DNA of 64,000 bases. Origin: Octopus vulgaris (taxonomy: Eukaryota). Positions within the stretch are counted from its first letter, which is position 1; every line of letters starts with the position of its first letter. Positions 1 to 15,091 of this stretch are shown here, piece after piece. The position numbers and the translations under genes were made by a program. The notes beneath the pieces are model-generated. The model saw nothing but the letters and a program-made list of their open reading frames with translations, made no database searches and was not told where the DNA came from. Location: assembly GCA_951406725.2 (NCBI GenBank), contig OX597825.1, positions 65,968,001 to 66,032,000 on the forward strand, written 5' to 3'.

Positions 1-13
1 CCCCAAGTAAAAC

Positions 14-118
<105 letters not shown>

Positions 119-124
119 ATATGT

Positions 125-342
125 GAAGGCCGCGAGCTGGCAGAAACGTTAGCACACCGGGCGAAATACATAGTGGCATTTCGTCTGTCTTTACGTTCTT
201 AGTTCCAATACCGCCGAGGTCAGCTATGCCTTTCATCCTTTCGGAGTCGATAAATTAAGTACTAGTTGCATACTGGGGTCGATCTAATCGACTGACCACC
301 TCCCTAAAAATTTCTGGCCTTGTGCCTATAGTAGAAAAGAAT
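125..342 (+). mobile_element. SINE family A copy (others near 4011, 4266, 4540, 9115, 9355, 12520-, 18105, 18640-, 19484, 27180, 42420, 54000)
   Basis: gcgagctggcagaaacgttagc head and cctttcatcctttcggagtcgataaattaagtac core. Confidence 0.85.
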
Positions 343-819
343 ATGGGTCTGTGTGTATGTATGTATGTATGTATGTATGTATGTATGTATGTATGTATGT
401 ATGTATGTGTATGTATGTATGTATGTATGTATGAATGTATGTATGTATTCATGTATGCATGCATGAATGCATACATGTTATAAATTTTCATGACGTCTAC
501 AACATGATTTCTTATGAAGTCACGGGGGTAAGAATAAGCCTTCTGAATATAGATAGAGAAATTCGAAGTATTATGTTGATCCAATGGTAGAATGCCTCCC
601 ATGTCTACTGGAGATGAGGGTTCGAGTTCCACGGGCAGTCTTTGACTTTTTCTATTCAAAAGGTTTTTTCAGCCAAATATTTACATATTATTCATAGCTT
701 TATATGGTCCAGAAACCGCAGTCTCGAAAAGGAATTTTACAAATGTGCGTGTGTGTGTGTGTGTGTGTGTGTTATATGTGTGTGCGTGTGTCTGTATGTA
801 TGTGTCTATGTGTGTGTGA

Positions 820-1000
820 ATCGCCATGATAGATCGTTAGCCACTACACACATTTTTTTCTCTCCTTGTTCTTTCTGTAGAAGAGCGTAGGCTCGAAACC
901 TAAAAGACTATTTCTATTCCTGAGCGTTATACTAATGCATCTGTTTGTTTTGTACACCACCTGTCTTCGTCTTTTGTTTTTTTTTTGTAAACTCTCCCTA
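820..1000 (+). mobile_element. Related hammerhead-like element, degenerate
   Basis: ctttCTGTAGAagagcgtaggctcGAAACctaaaag...cctgagcgtt, followed by a TA tract. Confidence 0.5.
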
Positions 1001-1001
1001 C

Positions 1002-1120
<119 letters not shown>

Positions 1121-1829
1121 TATACGTACGTATATATGTATCTATGTGTGTATGTATGTATGTATGTATGTTTATCACACTTAATGTAAATTCACCGTGA
1201 TAGGTAAGTTTATTTTGGTATTCGTTCGGAGAAAATATCTCTTCTGGATGCTTTGCTGCGTTTAACAAAACAACATATATCGGAAACAGACAAAAATCAC
1301 TCCCTGCAGCAGCAGATAAGAATATATTATATGCACAGTAAATTTGCTTTTAGCTAATATATTTACATTAAGCGCGAGACATAGATTGCTACTTTAATCC
1401 AATACTGCTTCTGTTGCATATAATTGATTCTTTTTTCAACCGGGCGGTATTTGCAGCATCAGTGATTGTTTTCCTTTATCGGTGGTCACAGATTACGGCT
1501 TAACATGCGGTTGGCTGAGAGAACATGGTAATGACCACGCCCAACCTATCATTTTCTATCATTTTCCCCAGCCGCTGCTAAGACGATTTTATTCCGCCTC
1601 CGGTATATTTTGTGTATGGAAACCCAGCAAGTCCATAAGAAATATTAGTTCCGGATGAATACAGCCGTAAACTTTCTTCTCGTGATGCATTTATATTAAG
1701 TGTGTCACACGGATGGAAAATTTAATCTAATTCTGCTCCGGTTGCATGCAATAGATATTTGTGTGGGTGTGTGGTTGTGTGTAGATAGATAGATGGATGG
1801 ATAGATAGATAGATAGATAGATAGATAGA

Positions 1830-1863
<34 letters not shown>

Positions 1864-1952
1864 TGGATGGATTGATAAATTGATAGATAGATAGATAAAT
1901 AGATAGATAGACAGACAGACAGACAGATAGACAGACAGACAGATAGATAGAT

Positions 1953-2019
<67 letters not shown>

Positions 2020-2079
2020 GTAGGTAGGTAGGTAGGTAGGTAGGTAGGTAGGTAGGTACAGACAGACAGACAGACAGAC

Positions 2080-2163
<84 letters not shown>

Positions 2164-2243
2164 CAAGCTAATGAATAAGTAAATTTATTTCGTAAGTTTC
2201 CATTAGTTCTATTTAAGTTTTCCACTGACGAGCACACACACAA

Positions 2244-2274
<31 letters not shown>

Positions 2275-2584
2275 CTCACACACACACACACACACACACA
2301 CAAGCAAACAAACACACGGGCACACATACATGCATACATATATATATATATATATATATGTATATTCAATTAGTGAACAGTTTATGAGGGAAGTTAAATT
2401 TCATTACCTCGCCCACCGTCTGAAGTGATTTGCATAGAGAAACATGCAATCTTCTCTCTATGTGTATGCGAATGTCTATCTACATTCGTAGACGCATAAG
2501 TATTGATATACGTAAGTGTCTACGCGTATATGTTCTCACACAAATATATATATACATACACACAAATACTCGCATGTGTATGTG

Positions 2585-2622
<38 letters not shown>

Positions 2623-3589
2623 TAAACTCTCTCACGCATGCTCGTATACAGAGACAAGCCACCCATCGTCTAATTATATTAATTCCCATATTTCGACGAT
2701 TTTCAACTTCATCAACAGATGATAATTACGATATGTATGCTCGAACGGTTCCTCATATCAAAGGTTTTCTTCCAGAACGAGCTTTTGACATGATTTATCT
2801 CATATTCTTTCATTCCGCTGAAGCTACGACTTTGTTTTAGAGAATGGAATCCTTGACTGCTTCTTCATGGGTTTATCACTTTGCTGACCTTTAACTATAA
2901 CTTCCCGGCTAAGTTTACTCCGGTTCTGTCAAGATATCAATGCTTGGGGGTTTTATTTTAAGTTTGAAATAATTATGAGTGATTAATTAACAGATTTGAG
3001 CGGTGAAATGGAAGAATCGCTTCAACACCTACTTCACTTTTAAATGTCGCGCAACAATATTTAATTTCGACGACATTTTTAGTTCATTACTTCCCGCTGG
3101 GAGGGGATTTTTCTTATCAACAACAATTATTATTATTATTATTATAATTATTATTATTATTATTATTATTATTATTGTTATTCTCTTTACTCTTTTACTC
3201 TTTTACTTGTTTCAGTCATTTGACTGCGGCCATGCTGGAGCACTACCTTTAACCGAGCAACTCGACCCCGGGACTTATTCTTTTGTAAGCCCAGTACTTA
3301 TTCTATCGGTCTCTTTTGCCGAACCGCTAGGTAACGGGGACATAAACACACCAGCATCGGTTGTCAAGCAATGCTAGGGGGGCAAACACAGACACACAAA
3401 CACATATATATATATATATGTATACATATATACGACAGGCTTCTTTCAGTTTCCGTCTACCAAATCCACTCACAAGGCATTGGTCGGCCCGGGGCTATAG
3501 CAGAAGACATTTGCCCAAGATGCCACGCAGTGGGATTGAACCCGGAACCATGTGGTTGGTTAGCAAGCTACTTACCACACAGCCACTCC

Positions 3590-3621
<32 letters not shown>

Positions 3622-3634
3622 GTGTGTGTGTGTG

Positions 3635-3973
3635 TGAAGGCGCGTGGCTTAATGTTTAGAGCGTCGAGCTTACGATCGTGAGGTTGTGAGTTCGAATCCC
3701 GGACTGGGCTGCGTGTTGTGTTCTTGAGCAAGACACTTTATTTCACGTTGCTCCAGTTCACTCAGCTGTAGAAATGAGTTGCGACGTCACTGGTACCAAG
3801 CTGTATCGGCCGTTGCCTTTCCTTTGGATGACATCCGTGGCGTACAGAGGAGAGGCTGGTATGCATGGGCAACTGTTGGTCTTCCATAAACATCCTTGCC
3901 CGGACTTTTGCCTGGGATGGTAATTTTCTATGTGCAAACCTATGGTCAGTGTCGTGACCAAAGGGGGTCTCAG

Positions 3974-3975
<2 letters not shown>
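3635..3975 (+). mobile_element. SINE family D (others at 8290-, 11220-, 19190+, 57418+, 60840-, 61746+)
   Basis: gaaggcgcgtggctta...gagttcgaatccc head and cttgagcaagacactttatttcacgttgctccag core. Confidence 0.85.
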
Positions 3976-4012
<37 letters not shown>

Positions 4013-4231
4013 GGCGGCGAGCTGGCAAAATCGTTAGCATGCTGGACGAAATGCTTAGCAGTATTTCGTCCGTCTGCACGTTCTGAGTTCAAATTCCGCC
4101 GAGGTCGACTTCGCCTTTCACCCTTTCGGGTTTGATAAATTAAGTACTAGTTGAATACTGAGTCCTATGTAATCGACTCATTCTCTTTCCGCAAAAGCTG
4201 TCCTTGTGGCAAAACCTGAAACAACAACACT

Positions 4232-4266
<35 letters not shown>

Positions 4267-4478
4267 AGGCGGTGACCTGGCAGAATCGTTAGCACGCCGG
4301 GCAAAATGTTTAGCGACATTTCGTCCGCCTGCACGTTCTCAGTTCAAATTCCGCCGAGGTCGACTTTGCCTTTCATCCTTTTGGGGTCGATGAAATAAGT
4401 ACCAGTTGAGTACTGGGGTTGCTAAAATAGACTATCCGCCTCCCCCAAATTTCAGGCCTTGTATCCATATTAGAAAGG

Positions 4479-4537
<59 letters not shown>

Positions 4538-5091
4538 GGCAGTTTTACGTTCTAAGTTAAATTTCTGCTGAGCTCGACTTCGCCTTTAATTCTTTTCGCG
4601 GCCGATGCAGTAAGTACCAGCTGAGAGCACTGGGCTCGATGTAACTGACTAGTCCAATGCACCGAAATATCAAGCCTTGTGCTTGTAGTTGAAAGGAATG
4701 TTAAAATCTATTTTATTTAATAATTACTGTGCACGGTTTTATAAAAATAACGTTGTTAAGAAGCAAGATCTGAAATTCAATTTTAATGGCAGATTATTTA
4801 GACAACATTTACAATTCTGAGAGCCGATATGTGATTCTTTTTTTTTTTTTTTTTTTTCTTGAATGCAAATAATTTTGTCTGTGTCCAACTTAAGGAATGG
4901 TTGAATGAAATAATTATTTTGATTTTTGTTTTAAAATATTTTGACTAATAGATTGAACACTGTAGGTTCAATCTCACTGCATGACATGTTGGGCTGTTCC
5001 ACTGCGCAGCCCCAGACCGACTGTAGCACTGTGATTGTATTTGGTGGACGGAAACTGAAAGCCTGTCATGTGTGTGTTTGTGTGTGTATGT

Positions 5092-5198
<107 letters not shown>

Positions 5199-5284
5199 AC
5201 TATGTGTGTGTCTGCGTTTGTGGTGTTTTTATTCCCCGCACACACCGCTTGACACGCTTTAAAAAATCAAGTACTGGAATCGAT

Positions 5285-5713
5285 GGATCTATTCGGTTTG
5301 ACCGGCAGTTTTTTCTAGTAGTGTCATATGAAATTGTCACCCATAATTATAACCCTAGTATCGATCTATTGCATTTCAATCTATTTTAGATTTAGGGTCA
5401 GAGTTATGGTTAGGGGTGGGGGTAGGGTATCTTTTTTCTTCACAAATGTAAATAAACCCAATCTGTTTCTTAAACGAGGGACATATTCATACGGCACAGA
5501 ATGTTTTCACCTCAATAGACGTCATTGATTGGTTGAAATTGCAGAAATTGGAGAAAAACAACAACAAATATCTTACAAACTATAGAATTTTCTCAATAAA
5601 GCCAAAAGAAAAAGATGTTTTATAAACACATTCTACCATATACAAAGTTTAAAAGTGTTTAGTTACTTGGAAATTATTTTTAAAAACTGCTGCCGTTCAA
5701 ACCGAAAAGATCC
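5285..5713. mobile_element. MITE with 8-bp target-site duplication, inserted in a SINE
   Basis: TIRs ggatctattcggtttgaccggcag / ctgccgttcaaaccgaaaagatcc; GAATCGAT duplicated at 5277-5284 and 5714-5721. Confidence 0.85.
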
Positions 5714-6158
5714 GAATCGATTCTTTCGACTAAAGGTGATGTCCCAACATGGCCGCAGTCCAATGACTGATGCAATTAAAATATATAAGGCATAAGATAA
5801 AAGGGACAGATTTGATCATGCGTTTCTAGGTACGTTATATCTGGGAACCAAAATATAAGACAAGGGGTGGGGTTAGGTAACAGCTGCCGTTTGGTCGCAC
5901 ATCTGTTCGATCAGGGCTGATGGAAACTACAACAACACCGCCTTACGTTTTGAGTTCAAATCCTAGTAATGTCACATTTTTTTTTATTTACATCCTCCCT
6001 GGGACCGTTACATTTAAGTGCATTACAAGTGCTGGAGACGATTTCATCGATTACATCACACCCATCTAAACAACAAAAATGTTTTTCCTTTTGCCAATTC
6101 TTGTAAAAGATCGATTGTAGCTTATTTATACTTGGAATGAAGACAACAATATTTGTCA

Positions 6159-6196
<38 letters not shown>

Positions 6197-6337
6197 AAAA
6201 GTGAGAATTTGTTGAAATCAATCTAGTTTTCTGAGTCGTTGTTGTCTTACGATAATTTTTAATCTTAGAATATAAAACTTTGTATTTTAATTAATTAGTA
6301 CTTTACGTTTTTCTCTTATCTTAATGGGTTATCATAT

Positions 6338-6369
<32 letters not shown>

Positions 6370-6374
6370 GTGTG

Positions 6375-6468
<94 letters not shown>

Positions 6469-7665
6469 ACTATGTGTGTGTCTGCGTTTGTGGTGTTTTT
6501 ATTCCCCGCACACACCGCTTGACACGCTTTAAAAAATCAAGTACTGGAATCGATGGATCTATTCGGTTTGACCGGCAGTTTTTTCTAGTAGTGTCATATG
6601 AAATTGTCACCCATAATTATAACCCTCTATCTCTCTTTCTTTCTTTCACAAACGCACATATATATACACATATATACATATATATCTGCATACGTGTCTA
6701 CACACATACACACATGTATATACATATATATTACGTGACACGTGACACGTGACCGACCAAGCCATCAGATGTTGCTACACATCGCTGGTCACAATGCGCT
6801 TCGCATTGTTTTAGCCTTCAGTGATGCCACCCCGCTGGCTAAGCGAGCAGGCCAATAGAAGAAAGAAAGAGAAAGTCGTGGTGAAAGAGTACAGCAGGGA
6901 TCACCACCGCCCCCTGCCGGAGCCTCGTGGAGCTTTAGGTGTTTTCGCTCAATAAACACTCACAACGCCTGATCTGGGAATCGAAACCGCGATCCTACGA
7001 CGGCTAGTCCGCTTCCCTAACCACTGGGCCATTTCGCCTCCATATACATATATATATGTGTGTGTGTGTATGCACACACATATATACACACACATACACA
7101 TGTATATATATATATCTGCATACGTGCCTAAATATATAAATGCATGTATATATGTATGCAGGTATGTATATGTATCTTTCTATCTGTCTCATCAAATGTG
7201 TGTGTGAGTGCGTGTGTGTGTCTGTATGTATGCGCACCCACGTGTGTGTGTGCTCGTGTACATGTTTGCATGTGAGTATGTGTGTGATGAACTTGCCAGC
7301 GTTTCACCAACTCCTAAGCAAAATAGAAAACCATTCAAGGAAAATAGAAAAAGACCGCAAGGCAATCAGGTTACAATTCCGAATTGAAATTAAATTCATT
7401 TTATTTCACTTTCACGGCACATCATCAATGATTTTCAGAAAGGAACTGATATTCTGAACTCTGAAATCTTATTATCTTCTGTAAACAGTTCACCTTTAGC
7501 CTACATCACCAATTTCTTTACAACTGAGTTCTAAACTGGGGCAGAATAGAACTCCAAAAGAAACCATACACTTTATGAGGATTCTGATGCTGAGCTGAAG
7601 ACATTTCGCTTTCAGGAAATGCATGAAAATCACAACATCACGTCATTCTTACAAATCTATTAAAC

Positions 7666-7760
7666 CAGGGTGCCCCAATTATCGGGCAGCGGACCAGTAC
7701 TGGGCCATGGATTATTTGATACCGGGGCGCACAGACAGAATAAATTATTAGATTTAATTT
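7666..7760 (+). mobile_element. hAT (Charlie/Buster-like) terminal fragment
   Basis: cagggtgccccaa...cggaccagtactgggccatgg...taccggggcgcacaga resembles hAT termini. Confidence 0.5.
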
Positions 7761-7994
7761 CTATCCTATTGACTACCGCAGTCTGTAGAGAAATTTTACA
7801 TTATATATGTGATACGCCCGTAATACATATATATATATATATATATATATGTAATAATTAAATTATATTTTATGCGCTTTATTAAGTTATATATTATGCA
7901 CTTTATATATTTTGCACTTTATTGTATATTATGCACTTTATATATATATATACTTAAATTATACATGAACTTTATATATCATGCACTTTTTTAT

Positions 7995-8087
7995 GTTATG
8001 CATATGGTCCCTTGGTTATGCATATGGTCCCTTGGTTATGCATATGGTCCCTTGGTTATGTATATGTTATGCATATGGTCCCTTGGT
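7995..8087. repeat. 20-bp minisatellite (gttatgcatatggtcccttg), about four copies
   Basis: Direct inspection. Confidence 0.9.
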
Positions 8088-8137
8088 TCGTGGTACAAAG
8101 AGACACGTTGTTTGTCAATCTAACAAGCAATTTTTCG

Positions 8138-8193
<56 letters not shown>

Positions 8194-9060
8194 CTTCTTT
8201 CTCTCTCTCCCTCTCTCTCTTTCTTTCTTTTTAGATAAAATTTCCGTTTTAAAACGATAATTTAAAAAAGAAAAGGATAAAGATCCTTTGCGTGTCATAC
8301 GCCCGGCTTCCCGATTTTTGTGACGGATATATCCTCCTCCCTTAGATGGGGCGCCAGTCCACCACAGAATAACTCATTTTTGCCAGCTGAGTGAACTGGA
8401 GCAACGCGAAATGAAGTGCTCAAGAACACAAAGCGCGGCCAGGTCAAGGAATTGAAACCACAAACTTACGATCTTGACTCCAACACCTCTAACAACTAAG
8501 CCACGCGCCCCCACAAACCTATTCTTTAAAATTGAAAAATTAAAGGTTTTCTTCCTATGAAAGATGAAATGAGCCAATGGGCTCGTCTCTACGTGAGTGC
8601 TTGATCTGGTAGATTTAGCATTCAAATCAACATCAAATAACCCGTATTTTGCTAGTGACCCTTTATAGGGCCTCCGATGTTGATAATAAACAATGATAGG
8701 GAAGCTTAGTTTAAATGTTCGAAATAGATTTCACTCCATTGAAAATATCCTCGGGGCAGATGGTAGAGCGAAAGATATAATTTATCATTCCAAGAACAGA
8801 AACCGTCTCTCAGGCAGACTTCCTCATTCTGTCCAAGTGACACTATTCGACAGAAAACACTTGCTGTGAAACTGATTCCGAAAACTCAGATTTGCGAAAC
8901 GAATTTCTTAATCATTGTTGGTGAAAAAGTACAGGGCAGTCACGGACGGAAATTTATTGGCAAGTGGTTTGTTCGATCAGGACAGAACTACGTCTGAACA
9001 CTATCAACAACAACAACAACAACAACAACAATAACAACAACAACAAAAGCAACAACAATG

Positions 9061-9108
<48 letters not shown>

Positions 9109-10467
9109 CGATCGAGGGCGGCGAGCTAGCAGAATCTTTAGCACGGTATTTCGTCTGCCGTTACGTTCTAAGTCCAAATTCCGCTGAGATTAACTTTGTC
9201 TTTCATCCTTTCGGGGTCCGTCCTACCCCTACCCATCTACTCCATCCCCTCCATCCCCCCACAGCCTTCAATTAATCGTGTGGAAGCGTTACGAACGGGC
9301 TAAGGAACGGAGGAACTAGAAGAATTATTATAAGAAGTATTATTACAGCAACTGCAAGGCGGCGAGCTGGCACATCGGGCGAAATGCTTAGCGGCATTTC
9401 GTCCGTCTTTACGTTCTGAGTTCAAATTCCTCATGAGTCGAATTTGCCTTTCATCCTTTCAGTGTCGACAAAAACAAGTACCAGTTGAATACTGGGGTTG
9501 ATTTAATCGACTTCTCCCTCCCTCCCCCAAACATGCTGGCCTTGTGCCAAAACATTGAAACCAGTTTTAACAGCAACGTTCTCCTACGTTGGTATACATT
9601 ACACCAAAAGATCTTTGAAAAGAACTAAATTTTATATGTTTACTTTTGAAGTATTGTTTATCTTTGATTACGTTTCCCACGTCGTATGTTTATCTTTTAT
9701 TCAAATTTCAGGTTGCAAATGTTTTTCTATGATTTAAGCTATTCACAGAGCTGAACGGTGTTTTATTTATTTAATCATTTATTTATTTATTTATTTGTTT
9801 GTTTGTTTATTTATTTTTGTTATTAATATGTTTCTGTTATTTTAGATACCAAACTCCATTCCAAATCTCACATTGATAGTTCTAATTTTTCTAATTTTAA
9901 GATTTATACACGAAATCCCTAGACGTAATCATAACAGAAAAGCGCCTCCAAAAAAAATTATAAATAATTTAATACTATCTATATTCTATATTTTCAGGCG
10001 TGTTGTACTTTTAGCTCGAGTAATATTATGTACAATATAAAATTATCTCATTTGTATAATGCCTGATACTTCTGCCAAAGTTATTAAGAAATATAATCTC
10101 CTGAGAATTATAGATATTGTTGATTTTTAAGAACTGACAAAATTTATAACAGAATAAGGCTTGCTCAAGATGGTACGTTATCGCAGCTCTAATTCCTTCA
10201 CTAGGTGTTAATAGCTGTTGTGTGTGATGGTGTTCTTGCTTAACACAAGGTCGACCCTAGCCAAGTAGACCTGTGAGCAACAGCATTGTATTTCATATGA
10301 CGCATTCTGTTTCAGTAAACATTGATTAAACAGAACGTATTTCACGGCTCCTTTTTGTTTACAGGTATATCAAGTGCAGCTGCCTTCATCTATCTACCAA
10401 TCTACCTGTCCAGCTACCTATCTATTTATCTATGCATCTATCAAAATAAGCAACAAGGATATCAAGA

Positions 10468-10886
10468 GTTAATGCAGTACGATCGTTTCATGCAACTCCA
10501 TTTAATTGAACAATGCAATCATTACATCAATTTAAAATGCAGAGCAATCTTCAGCTGCACAAAGACATTGAATTTAATTAGAACAGATGGACGCATTAGT
10601 ATAATCATACCTAAAATCTTCAAGACGTTAAGGAGATAGACAATCCAGTTTAGAAGTTACTGAATTTTCAAGAAGATACATTGTTACAGACTCTGCTTGT
10701 TACTGTTCTTTGTCTATCTCCTTAACTTCTTGGCGGTTTTAGGTATAATTATACTAATGTGTCTGTCTGTTTCTAATTAAATTCTATGTCTTTGTGCAAC
10801 TGAAGATTGCTCTACACTTCAAATTAATGTAATGATTGCATTGTTCAATTAAATGGGGGTGCATAAAACGATCGTACTGCATTAAC
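10468..10886. mobile_element. Fold-back/MITE element with about 180-bp arms and about 55-bp spacer
   Basis: gttaatgcagtacgatcgttt...ttaaggagatagacaa is the imperfect reverse complement of ttgtctatctccttaa...aaacgatcgtactgcattaac. Confidence 0.8.
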
Positions 10887-11029
10887 TGGATATCCAAAAT
10901 AGGATATCCATTAACTGGATATCCTATTTTGGTTTTAAGCACCTTACTAAATTCTGGTGCCTCAACTTAAGTACCATATTCATTTGAATCTATATTTTTG
11001 CTGAAATCATCTATCTATCTATCTATCTA

Positions 11030-11102
<73 letters not shown>

Positions 11103-11783
11103 ATCTATCTACTTTCTATTTGTCTGCTTAATTATCTATTTATGTGTCTCTCTGACTATCTGACAATTTTTCAGTCTGTCTGTACATGTATATGCATGTG
11201 TGTGTATATATATATATATGCTGAGACCCCCTTCGGTCATTACTGACCATGGGATGCAGTCGCCTATGCATACCGGCATCCCCTCCCCACGCCACCAGTG
11301 TTATCCATGGGAAAGGCAAAGGCCGATACAGCTTGGCACCTGTGAAGTCGCAACTCATTTCTACAGCTGAGTGAACAGGAGCAATGTGAAATAAAGTGTC
11401 TTGCTCAAGAACACAACACGCAGCCCAGTCCTGGATTTGAACTCACAACCTCACGATCGTAAGCTCAACGCTCTAACGACTGAGCCATGCGCCTTCACTT
11501 GGTAATATATATATATATATGACCAATCAAAATTGTATTGACCATTGTCCACAAGAAATTTTAGGCGCGAAACCAAGCAAATCTTAAACAACTCTGGAGC
11601 CTCTTTTTTCACATATAAGAGACAGCAAACGCAACATAAAGTCAGATAAGAGGAAAAAAATCTATCAGAAAGGAACTCTAATCTTTTGATAAGCATAACA
11701 AATGCGCAACCGGTAAAAAGAACTTTCACCTAATTAAATTACATAAATTATTTAAATTATTTTGTCAGCATTTTCTTCATTTC

Positions 11784-11902
<119 letters not shown>

Positions 11903-11906
11903 CATG

Positions 11907-12018
<112 letters not shown>

Positions 12019-12306
12019 CATGTGGAGGCGCAATGGCCCAGTGATTAGGGCAGCGGACTCGCTGTCGTAGGATCGCGGTTTCGATTCCCAGACCGAGCAA
12101 TGTGAGTGTTTATTGAGCGAAAACACCTAAAAGCTTCACGACGCTCCGGCAGGGGGTGGTGTTCCCTGCTGTACTCTTTCACCACTCGTTCTTCTGTTGG
12201 CCTGCTCGCTTAGCTAGCGGGGTGGCGTCATTCGAAGGCTAAAACAATGCGAACGCATTGTGACCAGCAATGTGTAACAACATCTGATGGTCTGGTCGGT
12301 CACGTG

Positions 12307-12357
<51 letters not shown>

Positions 12358-12993
12358 TTATACACACACACACACATACACGTGGTTTGCTTCTGGTGAT
12401 TTTACTTATTGAATGAGAATAAAATCTCTTCTAGGTTAATCTCATTTACATCAAAGTGTAAAGAGTGCAGAAAGAAAAGTTCTTGAAGTTTTAACTTGTT
12501 AGTAGACATATATAGTTCTATTTCTTTACTTACCCACAAGGAGCTAAACACAGAGGGAACAAACAAGGACAGACAAATGGATAAATCGATTATATCGACT
12601 CCAGTGCGTAACTGGTACTTATTTAATCGATGAAAAGCAAAGTCGACCTTGGCGGAATTTGAACTGAAAACGTAGCGGCAGACGAAATACTGTTAAGCAT
12701 TTCGCCCGGCGTGCTAACGTTTCTGCCAGCTCACCGCCTTATTTAAAAGTTGGAAGAAAGACTGAGAGAAAGTTGTGGGGAAAGAGTACAAAGGGGTTAC
12801 CCCCACCCCCGTCGAAGCCTCGTGGAGTTTAGGTGTTTTTACTCAAAAAACACTCACAATGCCCGGTCTGGGAATCGAAGCCGCGTTCTTACGACCGCGA
12901 GTCCGCTGTCCTAACCACTGAGCCATGCGCCTTCACTTGCTAAAGTATATATTTATTCCCATTCAATAAATAAAATCACCAGAAGCAATCCAC

Positions 12994-13045
<52 letters not shown>

Positions 13046-13058
13046 AATTTAATCCACG

Positions 13059-13089
<31 letters not shown>

Positions 13090-13832
13090 CATATAATATA
13101 TATATATATATATATAAATCACGTATAATATATATATACGTGGATTGCTTCTGGTGATTTTATTTATTGAATGGGAATATATCTCTTCTAGGTTAATCTA
13201 ATTTACATCGAAGTGTAAAGAGTGCACGTATATGATTATTTTCTCTTCTACAGAAAGTAAAGTTCTTAAAGTTTTAACTTGTAGACATATATAGTTCTAT
13301 TTCCTCTTCCTTTGGGATCGTCAACACGACATAACTCGAGGCACAAATTAATTAAGCTAAATTCAACATTCTACATACAGGAAAAAAATGTTCGTAGTTT
13401 AAAACAGCATATTTCTTTTTTTCTTTTTCTTTTTCTTCTTTTTTGCTTTTTCTCATGTCAAATCGTTGTCTGCCTGGCAGTAGAGAAAAGAGAAAGAGAG
13501 GAAATTTCTTACATTGCACTTGGAATATCCAATGCTTTATTTACCAAATAAGCAATATGTCCATATTTCTATCTTAACGCGTTCAGATGTTTTCTTTCGA
13601 AAAAGATCAATACTTCGGTTTTCAGATAGGTGAAGGATTCGCTATTGTGTCATTGGACCTACTAGAAATAACAGTTAAATCGTACTAGAAATTTTAAAGC
13701 GGCGTCTACTTAATATAACATTAATGTGCTAACGGTCTTTTGCTTTTGTGAATTTGTAGTGGTTTCAGAAGAGGTGGGATCAAATTGAAGCACAAAAATA
13801 CACACATATATAGGTACACACACACACAGATC

Positions 13833-13992
<160 letters not shown>

Positions 13993-14042
13993 TGTGTGCA
14001 TGTTTGTATGTTTATATTGTGTGTGTGTGTGTGTGTGTGTGC

Positions 14043-14079
<37 letters not shown>

Positions 14080-14423
14080 CAACGGCCTTCTTTCAGTCTC
14101 TGTCTATCAAATTAACTCTCAAGACTTTGGTGAGACCGTGGATGCTGCAAAATACATTTGTGAGGGAATTAGCCACTACGTCTAGAAAAGAGAACAACCA
14201 TATAGAGGTAATGCTCTTCTTGTTTATACCAGGTGAGCATTATTCTAGAAGTTGAAATGACCACTGACCGAAGGCATTTCAGATTTTGCTTTTCGAGTTT
14301 TTCCGGGTTCAGTCCCACTGCGTGGCACCTTGGGCAAGCGTCCTCTACCATAGCCTCGGGCCGACCAAAGCCTGGTGAGTGGATTTGGTAGACGGAAACT
14401 GAAAGAAGCCCGTCGTATATACG

Positions 14424-14458
<35 letters not shown>

Positions 14459-15006
14459 TTGTGTGTCTGTGTTTGTACCCCCAACATCACTTGACTACTG
14501 ATGCTGGTGTGTTTGCGTCCCTGTAACTTAGCGGTTCGGCAAAAGAGACCGATAGAATACGTACTAGGCTTACAAAGTCCTGGAATCGATTTGCTCGACT
14601 AAAGGCGGTGCTCCAGCATGGCCACAGTCAAATGACTGAAGCAAGTAAAAGAGTAAAAGAGTATATAATTAACAAAGCCTCTACATGGTTTTACCCTATT
14701 CGTAAAGGTTATTAACGTAACCCCGTTAATTACACGAAGGTACAACTGATTTCTAAAACTTAAAAGGCAAAAGGATTGTCCGGTTTATATTTATGCTAAG
14801 TTTTGTGAAAGTTTGTTTATATAATTGAGACTGTGAACTAAAGCGTCGTTGGTTAGGTTTCCAATCACTGTTGCAAGGTTTTAAGAGGGGAAAAGATACG
14901 ATGGACTATCACTTTAGTACAGACGATGTTCTCGCTGATGTCTACAAATGTAGTCGGTATTGTAGGCCATTGAATGATATATACATAATATAAATAACAG
15001 CATATG

Positions 15007-15091
<85 letters not shown>

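Noticed and set aside
1170-1700. Plus-strand donor-like ag|gtaagt at about 1204 and an adjacent unique block
   Set aside because: No plausible upstream acceptor or coding frame.
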